In this document: positions 9,474-20,664 of the stretch, one piece after another | How the letters are laid out: each line of letters starts with the position of its first letter | How positions within the stretch are numbered: position 1 is the first letter of the stretch | Assembly: GCA_043228905.1 (NCBI GenBank) | Contig: JBHGNT010000001.1 | Coordinates: forward strand, 7,936,001 to 8,000,000 | Length of the DNA stretch: 64,000 nt | From: Azolla caroliniana | Lineage: Eukaryota > Plantae > Polypodiophyta | Reading direction: 5' to 3' | The notes under the pieces: generated by a model | Databases searched by the model: none | What the model was told of the DNA's origin: nothing | Seen by the model: the letters and a program-made list of their open reading frames with translations, nothing else | Made by a program: the position numbers and the translations under genes

Positions 9474-12400
9474 CTTAGCTGGACGTGTAGTTGTTGCTAA
9501 TTCTGTGCTTTTATCATCTGTTTGGTATATAGCCTCTACATGGTTGTTTTCTAGGTCCATTATGCTTAGAGTTCAACGTCTAGTACGGAATTTTATTTGG
9601 GGAAATGATACGGTACACAATACTATAGCAAAGGTAGCTTGGTCGGTTCTTATACAACCCAAACATAAAGGAGGTTTAGGTTTGATTGATCCTTTCATGC
9701 AAAGTAAAGCATTACTTGTTAAACATGTTGTTAGGTGTTTATTGCCTGGACAAGAGTTATGGAAAAAGTTTTGGATGTGTCATTTATATAAATTAAAACC
9801 ATCGGTTGGTGGTAATTGGCGTGATAGTCTTAGATGGTTCTTTAATTCAGATTTTCCGCTGTCTAAATCGACAGTTGGGTCCTTTAGTTTTTTTAATGGC
9901 ATTCTAAGGGCATGGGAAAGTATTCGTCGAGCACTGGTTTTTTTGCCACCAAAAACATATCATCAATTAATGCGTCAGCCGTTGTTATGGAATCCTTTGT
10001 TTACTGATGAAGCGGCATGTGTCTTAGGTTTACGACCTAGGTTATCTTGGGCTGCAATGGATAATGGACCAGCTCGTACGGTTGCGGATTGGATTGCTTT
10101 CCTGCAGACTTCAGTGCAAGACCAAAAGAGTAGGGTGTCTAATTTCAGAGGGGCAAACATTATGATAACTCAAGTGTCAACGGTGTATCAGGTAACATTA
10201 CCAACTTTGAGTTTTGGTCATTGTTTGAATTGGTATGGTATGTTTTCGAGATTAAATATACTAATAGGAGCTCGTCTGTATACTCAAAATGGTAGCCTTT
10301 ACTTTTATGAAGTTTGCGATAATGGTAGGTTGTTGGTAGTGGAGGAGGAGTCTTCAATTGTGTCTTCTGCCAGGCAGCTGCTAGTGAGAGTAATAGCTAG
10401 GTTGGGAAAAAAGATATTTATAGATCCTAATCCACTAATTGCTAAGTATTCATCTCATATATGGGTTTTAAATTCTAGACCAATTGTTGATTTGCAGTGG
10501 GATCCATTAGATTATGGTTGGAAGTTACCAATGTCTGATAGTACGCAAGAGAAAGTTCTTCCATTTTTTGCATATTCTGTGTCACTAGGTAGGAAGTTTT
10601 TGTTAAATGAGATAGAGTCAATTCCGGCAGGAAAAAAATATTGGGAGGAAGGTAATGTCTCATCTACATATATGTTGAAGTTTTGGAAACACCTTTGGTC
10701 GCTTAAATGTATGAACAAGGTATTGCACTTTCGATGGTTAATGATTCATTATGCATTGCCAGTAGGAGCTTTATTGAGGGGAACAATACCTGATCGATCA
10801 TGTGGTAGGTGTGGCTGGGCATATGAGACATTACATCATGCTTTTTGGGAATGTGTTACGGCCAAATGTTTTTGGGCTCGTATTCTTAGGCTTTTAAGTC
10901 GTAAGTATAGGGCTACTAAATTCACGTGGGGTACAATCTTTTGGGGTACGTTGGATCAAGAAACTGTTTTTTATCATTATCATAGTTCATCATTGACTTT
11001 ACATGTGAAAAGTTTTCAGGTGTACGTTACGAATAGCTCCTTGCAGGGAGTCAAGTTCTTTTCTAGGTGTTATGTTTGGAACTTTATTTCCTCGTTGGCC
11101 TTATGGATTATTTGGAAAGCAAGGTGTTCTAAAATATATAATGATGAAGATACTAATGTTGTGGATCAAGTTAAATCTTTCTGGGAATTATTGGTAAATA
11201 TAGTTAAAGGTGAATATGATAGCTATAAGGGTTGTGGAAATGGGCCTAACCGGAAAAGAAAGCGACTTAGAAGAGTCTGGTCAACCATTCCTATTTTTTT
11301 GGATGCAACAGGGGAAGATGTAAAGTGGAATTATGTTCCACCTCGATGGTTGTTTCCGCCACCAGCGCCATTTATATTGAACACAGCCGTTTAGGATGAG
11401 TGCGTGAGGAAAGTGTAAACTGTTTTTGTGTTGTAAATACAGGTTTTCCACGGACATTGGCAACAAGTTAATCGACGAGAGGGCTGATGTGGAAAGAAGG
11501 AAGAATGTGTAAGAGAAAAGGATGGGGTATGGTGGCGGGGTCATAGTCGACAATCGTGAGTGGGTGGGGAATTTTTACACTAATTTTTGTTTTTAATACA
11601 GGTTTTTCGTCAACAGTGCAAGATGTTAATCGGCAAGAGGGCTGACGTGGACTGAATGAAGAATTTCTTGTTCTGTGATAAGGATGAGGGAAGATGGCGG
11701 GGGGGTCGAAGCCATCTATCATGAGTGAGGAAACTTTGAGATTAACTGTTTTGTTATTGATACAGGTTTTTTCGTGGACATTGGTCATGACGATAATTGG
11801 CTAGACGGTTGATGTGGATTGAACGAAGAAATTTTCTGTGTGAAAGTGATAAGGTTGAGTGAAGATGGTGGGGAGGGTGAAGCCGACTATAACGAGTGGG
11901 TGAGAAAATGTTTACACTAATTTTGTGTTGATCAATACAGGATATGCGTGGACATTGCCACCGTGTTAATTGGTGAGATGGCTGATGTCGACTGTATGAA
12001 GAATTTCTGTGTTAAGGATGAGTGAAGATGGTGGGGAGGGTGAAGCCGACTATAACGAGTGGGTGAGGAAATGTTTACATTAATTTTGTGTTGATCAATA
12101 CAGGATATGCGTGGACATTGCCACCGTGGTAGTTGGTGAGATGGCTGATGTCGACTAAATGAAGAATTATTGTGTTAAGGATGAGTGAAGATGGTGGGGA
12201 GGGTCGAAGCCAATGTGCAGGAGTGGGTGAGGACATGTTTTAACCTAAGTTTTTGTTGATTATACAGGATATGCGTGGACATTGGAACCAGGTTAATCGG
12301 TGAGATGGCTGATGTCGACTAAAGGAAGAAATATTTGTGGTGAGGATGAGTGAAGATGGTGGGGAGGGTCGAAGCCAATCATCACGAGTGGGTGAGGAAT

Positions 12401-12930
12401 TTTTAGACGGATTTTATTCTTATCACAGATTTTTGGGGTTTTTGGGCAATGACGTTAATCGGAGACATGACTGATGTGGGTTAAATGAAGAATGGTTGTG
12501 ATGAGATTATGGTCTAATCAATGTATGGCTGTTCTGAGTTTCAGCTTGAAGAAGACTACGGCCAAGAAGTAGCAGATTACCTCAATGGCTTGATTGGAGA
12601 GAGCAGTTTTGTATTACCTAAGTGGTACGAAAGGACATTCACAAAGGAAAATTAAAGGCCAAGGAACGGGAACAGCTATTGGACAACCAGGAATTTGTTT
12701 ATAGGTTGAATATGGGTATACTAAAGAGCTTCAGTATATGTGGAATCACATTCAGCCAATGTTGGCTGCAACATGATGTTTTTTAGAGGCCATAACAAAT
12801 GCCATCTTTATTTGGTCCCTTTTTTTACGACATATACTTATGGAGTGGAAACTATTATGTAAATTTGTAGATTGCCTTTGGCATTGTTAATTTTAATACC
12901 AATGGAGCATATTTTTTATGGAAAAAAAAA
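9474..12930 (+). mobile_element. LINE-C: 5'-truncated, young L1-type LINE (ORF2 C-terminal part intact to 11394, long 3' UTR)
   Basis: TSD AAAGAAAACAAGGTTTC at 9457-9473 and 12931-12947, with poly(A). Uninterrupted frame LAGRVVVAN..KGGLGLIDP..CGRC..HAFWEC..WNYVPPRWLFP. Confidence 0.93.
11395..12500 (+). repeat. Tandem array of ~7 units of ~163-171 bp in the LINE-C 3' UTR
   Basis: GAAGATGG(T/C)GGGG recurs at 11690, 11861, 12024, 12187 and 12352. ATACAGG and GGACATTG recur with the same period. Confidence 0.92.
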
Positions 12931-13846
12931 AAAGAAAACAAGGTTTCATAAGAATTGCAAAAAAGCCTATAAGTTTTTTATGATTTTATTTGTAACAAAG
13001 ATAAGAGAAACTTTTTTTTCCTCCAAAGGCACAACAATTTCTATAATTGAACAAAATTCACATGTGTTCAAATATATAGACATGTACATTGACAAAGTAT
13101 AATTACAGGAAAAAAGTTCAAAATATGGAAGGTATGCAATAACAAAGAGAGATTTAGACGTTTTGAACAAAACAAAAGAGTTGGAAATAGAATAATTGAT
13201 CAAAGTAATGAAAAAGCAATGAGGGCACAACAATGTAAATTGATAATTTTGTACCTTTATTGGCAAATGATTTGGAATATGGATAAGAGGTTTTTCCTCT
13301 TATTCATGAATACATCTTTGCTACCTCAAATGTCACTTCTTTTTACCTACACGCCACATTGATCTATTGTACAACACATAGAATATGTCCTCTTCAACCA
13401 CATGCCACGTTACAAAATTCTCCAATTATCACATTTGTAGATCTTCATTACATCAAATATTAGCAACTTTTATAGGATGACATGCATGCACATCAATGTA
13501 TCAACCTCATGCTCTCTTGAAAAGAAATTGACAATCCACCTAAATTATTTCTTAAATGTGGAAATATATTAAGCATCAAGTGATTTAAGACATTCTATGA
13601 CATGATGACGGTTGGTACTAAGTGTTACATATTTGTATGTGTAATTATTTGCACATGGTATTTTGCATTCGCAAAACCGGCGTTCTTATCAAGAGACCAC
13701 GAGGTATAAAGTCATGCTAACCCCACACTCATTTATAAGGGGTCATGTTCCACACTCATTTGTGAGCTCATTCTCCCAAAATAAAACCAAAGTTGAGGAA
13801 AATGACAATATTAATGAGAAGTGTGAATATACATACATACAAACAC

Positions 13847-13856
13847 TATATATATT
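13847..13856 (+). promoter_or_regulatory. Candidate TATA box of the MTPSL gene
   Basis: CTATATATAT about 200 bp upstream of ATG 14057. There is no ATG between ~13880 and 14057. Confidence 0.35.
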
Positions 13857-13920
13857 CACACATAGGTGCATGGATAACACCAAACCCAACACCCATACCT
13901 CCACGGTTCACCCTATTGCT

Positions 13921-14052
13921 CAATACCAATATCAATACCAATTCCAATACCCATTCCAATACCGATATCAATACCGATACTAATACCGATATCAATACCG
14001 ATACTAATACCGATACCGATATCGATACACCCACCAACGCCAATACCAACAC
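13921..14052 (+). repeat. Degenerate hexamer repeat ((A/G)ATA(C/T)C)n upstream of MTPSL
   Basis: AATACC/GATATC/GATACC units. They read as NTDINT.. in the MTPSL frame but probably lie in the 5' UTR. Confidence 0.85.
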
Positions 14053-14056
14053 AAGT

Positions 14057-15364
14057 ATGGTGATCATCAATGCTAGCACTGAGATAAGCCCCTACACAAA
14101 AGGTTTGAATATTGGCTCCCATTTCATGATGTTGCGCTCCATGCAATGCTTGTTCCCCGCCAAACTACATTCATCGATCCCACTTAAAGTTTATAGTAAG
14201 TTGCCACCGATGTTGTGTGTGCGTGGGTCCACAAATCTGCACCCACACTACAAGAGTGCGAAGGGGGAGTGCAACAACCCATGGAGCAAAGATACCGATT
14301 TCACATTGCCGCCGATGCAATGCTCGTTCCCCGTGAAATTGCACCCGCATTACGAGGAGGTGAAGGAGGTGTGCGAACCATGGATCCTTAACTTGGTCCA
14401 CTCCAAGCATAGGCAGTTCCTACTGGACTGCCTCCTCCCACGCTACGTTTGCCGACTGTGCCCGGACACGTCCGACCTTCCGCGCCTCGTGACCACCACC
14501 AAATTCATTGCGTGGCTCACGCTCGCCGACGACATTGTAGATGCGGCGCAACCTGTCAAGGACAAGGACTACATGGGGGGTTGTGGCTCCTCTCAGTCTG
14601 CTACTGACTGGTGGGCTCAGTCTGTGCTCCTCAAATTACAGGACCCGACGGATCGAAGCACCGTAGTAACGCCTCCCGCTCCCGCCTCACTTAGTGATCC
14701 TCAAATGCAGCGGGGCCTGGCCATGCTACATGCGTTGGGGGATCTGTGGAAGGAGATGTCTCCCCAGCTCCTCCCACACGCAAGGACTCGCTTTATATCC
14801 GCCATGCAACACCACCTAGGAGCTTTGTCCCTCCAGCCCAGCCACAATCCAGCATTTGGACACCCAGACCGAGCCGGCACCACCAACCTTAGTGTGGTAG
14901 AATATATGGCCATCCGACGTCCATGCTCGGGCTTCATCTTCGGGTTCGAGCTACTTCTCTATGTGTTGGATATCGACCGCGACCCCATCCATCTCCACCC
15001 ACTCGTGCACGAGCTCCGTGACCTCGTCCTGGACTACATGTGCATGTGCAATGACATGGTGTCGTGCCGCATGGAGACCTCAGCTGGGGACTACTTCAAC
15101 CTACCGTGCATCGTGTACAATAGTGGCGCGGCCGACACGTTCCAAGAGGCATTGGACATTGTCGCGGAAATGATCAAGCAAGTCGACGCTCGTTGCGTGC
15201 GAGTGGTGGATGCCATCCGGCGGAATGAGGAGCTGATGGCCATGGAGCCGAAGCTTGAGATTTACTTGGTGACGATGATGTCATGTATGTCCGGCACACT
15301 TCGGTGGTCATTCGAAACAACTCGTTATGGCCTCAAACACGAGGATGCCACTCCATCTTGTTAA
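14057..15364 (+). CDS. MTPSL: Microbial terpene synthase-like protein (class I terpene cyclase, intronless, ~435 aa)
   Basis: DDxxD motif DDIVD (14528-14542), YMAIRR sensor-Arg region, NSE motif NDMVSCRME (15050-15076) and WSFETTRY (WxxxxxRY, 15305-15328). No introns and no plant TPS N-terminal domain. The frame is open from 13793; the start at 14057 is my inference. Confidence 0.92.
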   Translation: MVIINASTEISPYTKGLNIGSHFMMLRSMQCLFPAKLHSSIPLKVYSKLPPMLCVRGSTNLHPHYKSAKGECNNPWSKDTDFTLPPMQCSFPVKLHPHYEEVKEVCEPWILNLVHSKHRQFLLDCLLPRYVCRLCPDTSDLPRLVTTTKFIAWLTLADDIVDAAQPVKDKDYMGGCGSSQSATDWWAQSVLLKLQDPTDRSTVVTPPAPASLSDPQMQRGLAMLHALGDLWKEMSPQLLPHARTRFISAMQHHLGALSLQPSHNPAFGHPDRAGTTNLSVVEYMAIRRPCSGFIFGFELLLYVLDIDRDPIHLHPLVHELRDLVLDYMCMCNDMVSCRMETSAGDYFNLPCIVYNSGAADTFQEALDIVAEMIKQVDARCVRVVDAIRRNEELMAMEPKLEIYLVTMMSCMSGTLRWSFETTRYGLKHEDATPSC

Positions 15365-16160
15365 AACTAGGATACATCCTCATCTACTTCCCTTTTAAGT
15401 CCATAATAATTCCCTATGGGACATTCCCCCTACTTAATTTGATCTAGATTTCCCCCAAGTCCGGGTTCGAATGTCTAAATTATATTTTATTTTGTTTATT
15501 TGTCTTGTAAATTATCTTGTAAGTTACAAGATAATTTATTCTTCAACACATATACAATCCCTCCTTTAAAGCTCTCTCCCAAATGTCCGTAATCTCATTC
15601 CATCCGTTTCATTCTCCATTGATGTAAAATTAGAGTGCATTAATTGGTGCGAAACATGTATTCAATATCAACGAAATTCATAAATCCCATTTTCTTTAAG
15701 TGCGTTTCTCGTGACAAATTTAAGTATACGATTCACTTACTCGAAACATATAATATATTACTCTGGAATGGGAAATGGAAAGTTTCAATAATTGATTTGA
15801 GATTCTCCAATGCTAAAGGTGTTTAAACATGACTCTTAAAACTTGCTAAACATACTAAAGCTCTTCAAGGAGTTGCAGAAAAAATAACAAAGAGTTGGAC
15901 AACATAATGATTCATTCTTGACACAAACTATTTTAGCAAACATATTGACAATAAGTTTCAATTTTCAAATATGCTAGTGGTAGTAAAGACTAAATTGTTT
16001 GGTACATATTGTTTTTGATGTCCAATTTAATTTTAAATCATGAGAATGGTCCATAAGGAACCCACATTTTAGACTATAACTACATATTACAACATTATAT
16101 GTATAGCTTATCAATTCTACGTCATGCTATGTCTTGTTTTTTTTCCCAAAAACGCTGTCT

Positions 16161-16236
16161 TTCTTTTTTCTTTTTTCTTTTTTCTTTTTTCTTTTTTCTT
16201 TTTTCTTTTTTCTTTTTTCTTTTTTCTTTTTTTTTC
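16161..16236. repeat. T-rich (TTTTTTC)n-type simple repeat
   Basis: Directly visible. Confidence 0.9.
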
Positions 16237-16615
16237 AAAAAAACTATGTCTTATTTTGAACAGGCAATTTACATGTGTGTGCACATACATTGATATGATG
16301 ATCAAATAGGAAAGATATTATGACACGTTCATATATTGATGCATATGGAACAAAACAAAAGTTGTTTTGGAACATTACAAAAGCTCCTCCTGATAAACAA
16401 AATAGTTGTTTTGGTCAATTGGTAAAAAAATCACATATTCTAGATATATATGATAATAACACTCTCAAAATTTTATAAATGAAACTACATTTGTTCACTT
16501 TTTTCCATAAGGTATTAAAATGAATAAATATTTTAGGCTAAATAGTAAATACCCATGTGTATGTATACTTTAATTTGTACTTCTCTCTCTTTCTCTCATG
16601 ACTAATTCTTGCCAT

Positions 16616-16618
<3 letters not shown>

Positions 16619-16670
<52 letters not shown>
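16619..16670. repeat. (CT)n microsatellite
   Basis: Directly visible. Confidence 0.95.
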
Positions 16671-16672
<2 letters not shown>

Positions 16673-16831
16673 CCGACCATAATTGGTGTCTTATGCATAT
16701 TACTTTTTGGTGTACCATACATTTCAATCATCAAATTGGGTTCCTTTATTACATAAAGTGTCGTCAAAAGTTCATATTATTGAACTTCAATCGAACATAT
16801 GTTAATTGATTAGTTATGCTCATACATGATT

Positions 16832-17146
16832 CTTTGGTAGAAATGGCGCAACACTCTTATGGTGAAGCAAGGAGGAAGTGGCTTGAGGTGGAACTACCAA
16901 ACCCCACGTTGGTTGTTTCCTACTCACCTACCACCCTCCCTTCGTTGTAGGCCCCAGGAGTCGGCTCGTATTGGCCGACACTCAAGGGTACCGCTTTTAG
17001 CTATAGGTATCTACTTACTTTAAGTAGTCAAATTGAAAGACTATGTAAGTAGTCTCGTTTTCTTGAACTTGATCAGAGGGAGATTCCCCCATTTATGTAT
17101 AAGCCTCCTTGTATAGTCTCTTTGTAATCATCCATTTTGGAAAAAG
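16832..17146 (+). mobile_element. Short 5'-truncated copy of the LINE-A family 3' end
   Basis: Closely aligns to ~8897-9240 (WNYQPPRWLFP, 3' UTR, TTTTGGAAAAAA). Confidence 0.9.
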
Positions 17147-17321
17147 AAGAAGCAAGGGGAATATCATTCACAAAATTAGGATAAAATTGTGAATAATCAA
17201 AGAGGTTGTTTGGATAATATAAAAGGTGACACTCAGACAACATAATTGCATTGATTTAACTTGCATGATATACTTTTATAGATTGTTTTAAAAGGTAAGT
17301 GGTTTTATTCTTGAAAATATG

Positions 17322-17516
17322 TTTATAGCTCTAGGTACCTACTTACATTAAATAGAAAATATGAGAGGATATGTACGTAGCCATAGTTGCTTTCTGATAT
17401 TTTGGAACCCGATCAGGGGGTGATATATATATATATATATATATAAGTCACCTTGTATAGCCTTTCTATAAAAATTTCTCCTAACTAATGGGAAAGTAGC
17501 TCCTTTTTTGGAAAAA
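17322..17516 (+). mobile_element. Diverged LINE-A-like 3' UTR fragment
   Basis: TAGCTCTAGGTACCTACTTACATTAA...CTAACTAATGGGAAAGTAGCTCCTTTTTTGGAAAAA resembles 9067-9240. Confidence 0.8.
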
Positions 17517-17829
17517 TTCCTATTGGATTTCTCTCTCGACCCATTATGGTTGTTACCTTTGCCCAACTTCCCTATTATTTCTCCTATTTGGCTCACCCTC
17601 GCCAATGACATTGTACTTTCTTTTCCATTTTTAATCTAATGTCCACACTCTAAACAGTGAATATGACATTCCCCAATTCATTTGCTCTACATATCTCAAT
17701 GAATTTATAGTAAATTCAATTTATTTTTTGTTACTACAAGGTATTTTATTTATTTTTATACATGCTCATTGTTAAAACTTACAAGCATAACGGTCATAAA
17801 TATAGTTCTCTAACCTTAGGGTTAGGTGT

Positions 17830-18858
17830 TGTAACATGGCGATCTAGTGATGTGGCAGGTCCAAAGGCAGAATTGGGAAAGTGGAAAAGGAGAACAACTG
17901 CACAAATGTTATATCTATAAATGAAAACAATAATATAATAATAAATTAGTAAATAGCCAAATGTTATAGAAGTGTGGAAACATGATGATATGCCCAACGC
18001 TAAATTATCTCGTGATATGGTGGGTCCAAAGGCAGAATAGGGAAAAGGGACATCTAACAATCGGCAACGGTTCAGTTTGAACCGAACTGCGAAACCGTGG
18101 CTTCACAGTTTAACGGTTCGGTTCGGTTTCAATGGTAAAAAATTGCAATTTAAATGATTTAACGGTTTTTTTAATTTAAAAAACAAATTTATTTATTTAT
18201 TTTAAAATTTGTTTTTAAATAATCTTTTCATTTTCATGCCATATTCTCACATTTTGGGAAAAATTTAAAATTTAACCTAAGCTGAAAATCGAAACCGAAC
18301 CACGAAACCACGGTTTTACTGGTTTAACGGTTTGAAAATTTTTTACTGGTTCAATTTCGTGGTTCGGTTCGGTTCGGTTCGGTTCGGACCCTCTCGAACC
18401 GACCCGAACCGATGTCGATTGTTAGGGACATCCACACAAACATTATATCTATAAATGAAAACAGTCATTTATAATAATAAAAAGTATATAGCCAAATGTT
18501 AGGGAGGGGCATCCACACAAATAATAGATAGGGGTGTAGCACTCAAGTCTTAACTAATGCAAGGAATGAGAATTTTACCTATTTTATGGGAAAAGGGTAG
18601 GTGAGCATTAAATGAGAAGAATGGTGCATCTTTTACTATAAAAAGGGGAGAGGAGAGCTCATTTTGGGGTTGGACATTTTGGTGTTTGAAGGTTTGGGGA
18701 GCTCAAATATTTCTTGATTTTAGGATTTCTTCTTCTACTACTACTACTTTGACTTTAGGATTATGAGAGAATGAGTATGGAGTGGAGTTGGACCACCTCC
18801 CCTTCACCTTCTTCTCTTCTTGTTTGGGTTTCTTCACTATCACTACGCCATCGTAACA
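17830..18858 (+). mobile_element. Probable degenerate LTR containing an internal tandem duplication and a MITE
   Basis: Imperfect inverted ends TGTAACATGGCG...CGCCATCGTAACA and TATAAAA at ~18638. The block GGTCCAAAGGCAGAAT..TATATCTATAAATGAAAACA..TAGCCAAATGTTA occurs twice. Confidence 0.45.
18055..18424. mobile_element. hAT-type MITE (370 bp)
   Basis: TIRs TAACAATCGGCAACGGTTC / GAACCGATGTCGATTGTTA, 8-bp TSD GGGACATC (18047-18054, 18425-18432) and subterminal CGGTT/AACCG repeats. Confidence 0.9.
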
Positions 18859-18859
18859 A

Positions 18860-19581
18860 TGTCATGGGGAATTCCGTCCACAAGGAGAAATCTCGCCGAA
18901 TGCGTGTGAACGAGGGTGTGTAAACATGCACATGAATTCGGTCTTTGTATAAAAATAATGTAAATAGGTATAGTATTAATAAGTACAAGGTAGAATGTAG
19001 TTAGGTACTTTAATGTCCCACGAAAAGAGAGGAATAAAGAGTGTGCTTGGGGAGGAAAACGAGGTGAGAATCGATGACAGAGGTTGTCTTAACGGCTGAT
19101 GTAACATCGGTCCTCCTCTCCTTGGATCTATAAAAAGGGAGGGGGGAAGACCGTTAAGGGGACCCATTGTTTTTTTGGAGGCTCATTGTTTCTGAGTGTG
19201 TGTGTGTTTGGAGGTCGAAGATCTGTCGTCGGCCGAGACCAATTGTATTTCACTGTCTAATCTAATATTATTGGTATTGTTGTATTCAACTCTTCTGGGT
19301 TTGCATCCCCTCGTCTGTTTTTGTCCCTTGGTGGTGTCGTTCTCGCATCCGTGCTCCGTTTAATCGTCATGTTAGAGGGCATGTGTGATCCATTTTTGGA
19401 AACCGACGACTATACCGGACCGGATACAAGTTTGTGAGCCCGTGCGCTCGGTTAGGAGAACCAACAACCGAGCCAATTAGTCATTCGAAGTCTCTCTGTC
19501 TCTCTCTCTCCTTCCGTCTCCTTAGTTCAAGGCCCCGGTGGTCCCGACCGATCCGACACGTACACTCAGATATCCACGACA
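18860..19581 (+). mobile_element. Solo-LTR-like element related to 7463-8124
   Basis: Ends TGTCATGG...CCACGACA with TATAAAAAGG at ~19129. The subterminal motif CTTAGTTCAAGGCCCCGGTGGTCCC matches CTTGGTCCAAGACCCTGGTGGTCCC at ~8061. No external TSD. Confidence 0.65.
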
Positions 19582-20664
19582 ATGGGTGGGCATGTTCAAG
19601 GAAAGAAGATGAAGTTCAATTCATTAGTCAAGGAAGGAAGCTCAAAGTGACATAGAGTACCCCACATCAACAAGAGGAAAGTTAGTGGTTGATCATAGAT
19701 GGGGTTGTTAAAGACCACAAACTTTGGATCCTCACTGATAGCTTAACCATACCTACCTTTTTAAAAACTTATTGTAATCCCCTTAAGGATCATTTTGTTA
19801 ACATTGTTGGAAACCCTTTTTGCGAAAGAGGATTTTCTTGTAAAAATAATATTGTGCCTTGGAATTAATCAAGTTTTATCTTACAAATAAGGTGCATTTA
19901 GCCTTAATTATGTTCTTAACAGTTCAATCACTTTCGTGAGAAGGAGAGGGACATCAAACCACAATGCCGATGGAGTGAGCCCTAAGCTCATGGCATGCCT
20001 CTACTCTAGCTAGCCTTTGAGTCCAACCAGCCCTCGACTCCAAGCTCACTAGAGTTGAGGATTCTCGCAAGCCCTTGACTCCAACAAGCCATCAAATCGG
20101 TTCAATTCCTCAATCCCAATAATGTTATTTCACATAAAAGGGAATTTACACGAGACAACTCACGAAGGGGTTTAAAGTCTTCTCTGACGACATGAAACCC
20201 TCCATTTAGGTTCCCATAGTCCCACTCAAGTAGCATGTCATGCACACCCCTTTACACAACTATGGGTTCAAGGGTAGAATAAACAAAAAAATGCAAAAAA
20301 GGGACTACCAGAAACATTTCGAAGTGTAAATGTATATGTTTATGAAAGAAAAGGCAAAAAGTAAATCGTCCAATGGTTAATGTTATAAATTGTATAAAAA
20401 AAAGGGTGACCATGAATCTTGGTATGTGTGTAAAATGGGTAGGTGGGCATCTATTGTAGTAGGTGGGCTACTTCTATCATTACAGAAGGAGGGGAGAGCT
20501 TCTTGGCATTTTTGCAAGGTGATTTGTGAGCTTCTCTTTCTTGAGATTTTGGTAGATGGTTTTCTTCTTCCTCACCATTTAGGGTAATTTTAGGTTTCTT
20601 GGTGTTAGAGTTTGAGAGTGGGTATGGCAACACTTTTTATGTAACTTCTTCCATATCTAGCCCG

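Noticed and set aside
9505-11394. Independent 629-aa host gene
   Set aside because: It is the C-terminal part of LINE ORF2, lacks a true ATG start, and lies between TSDs with a poly(A) tail.
11395-12500. CRISPR-like array
   Set aside because: Whole units are homologous with no unique spacers, the context is a eukaryotic LINE UTR, and there are no cas genes.
13793-14056. Asn/Thr/Asp-repeat N-terminus as part of the MTPSL protein
   Set aside because: The ORF-track start is TTG, a TATA-like box lies inside this stretch, and the repeat is a simple hexamer. It is more likely promoter/5' UTR, though not excluded.
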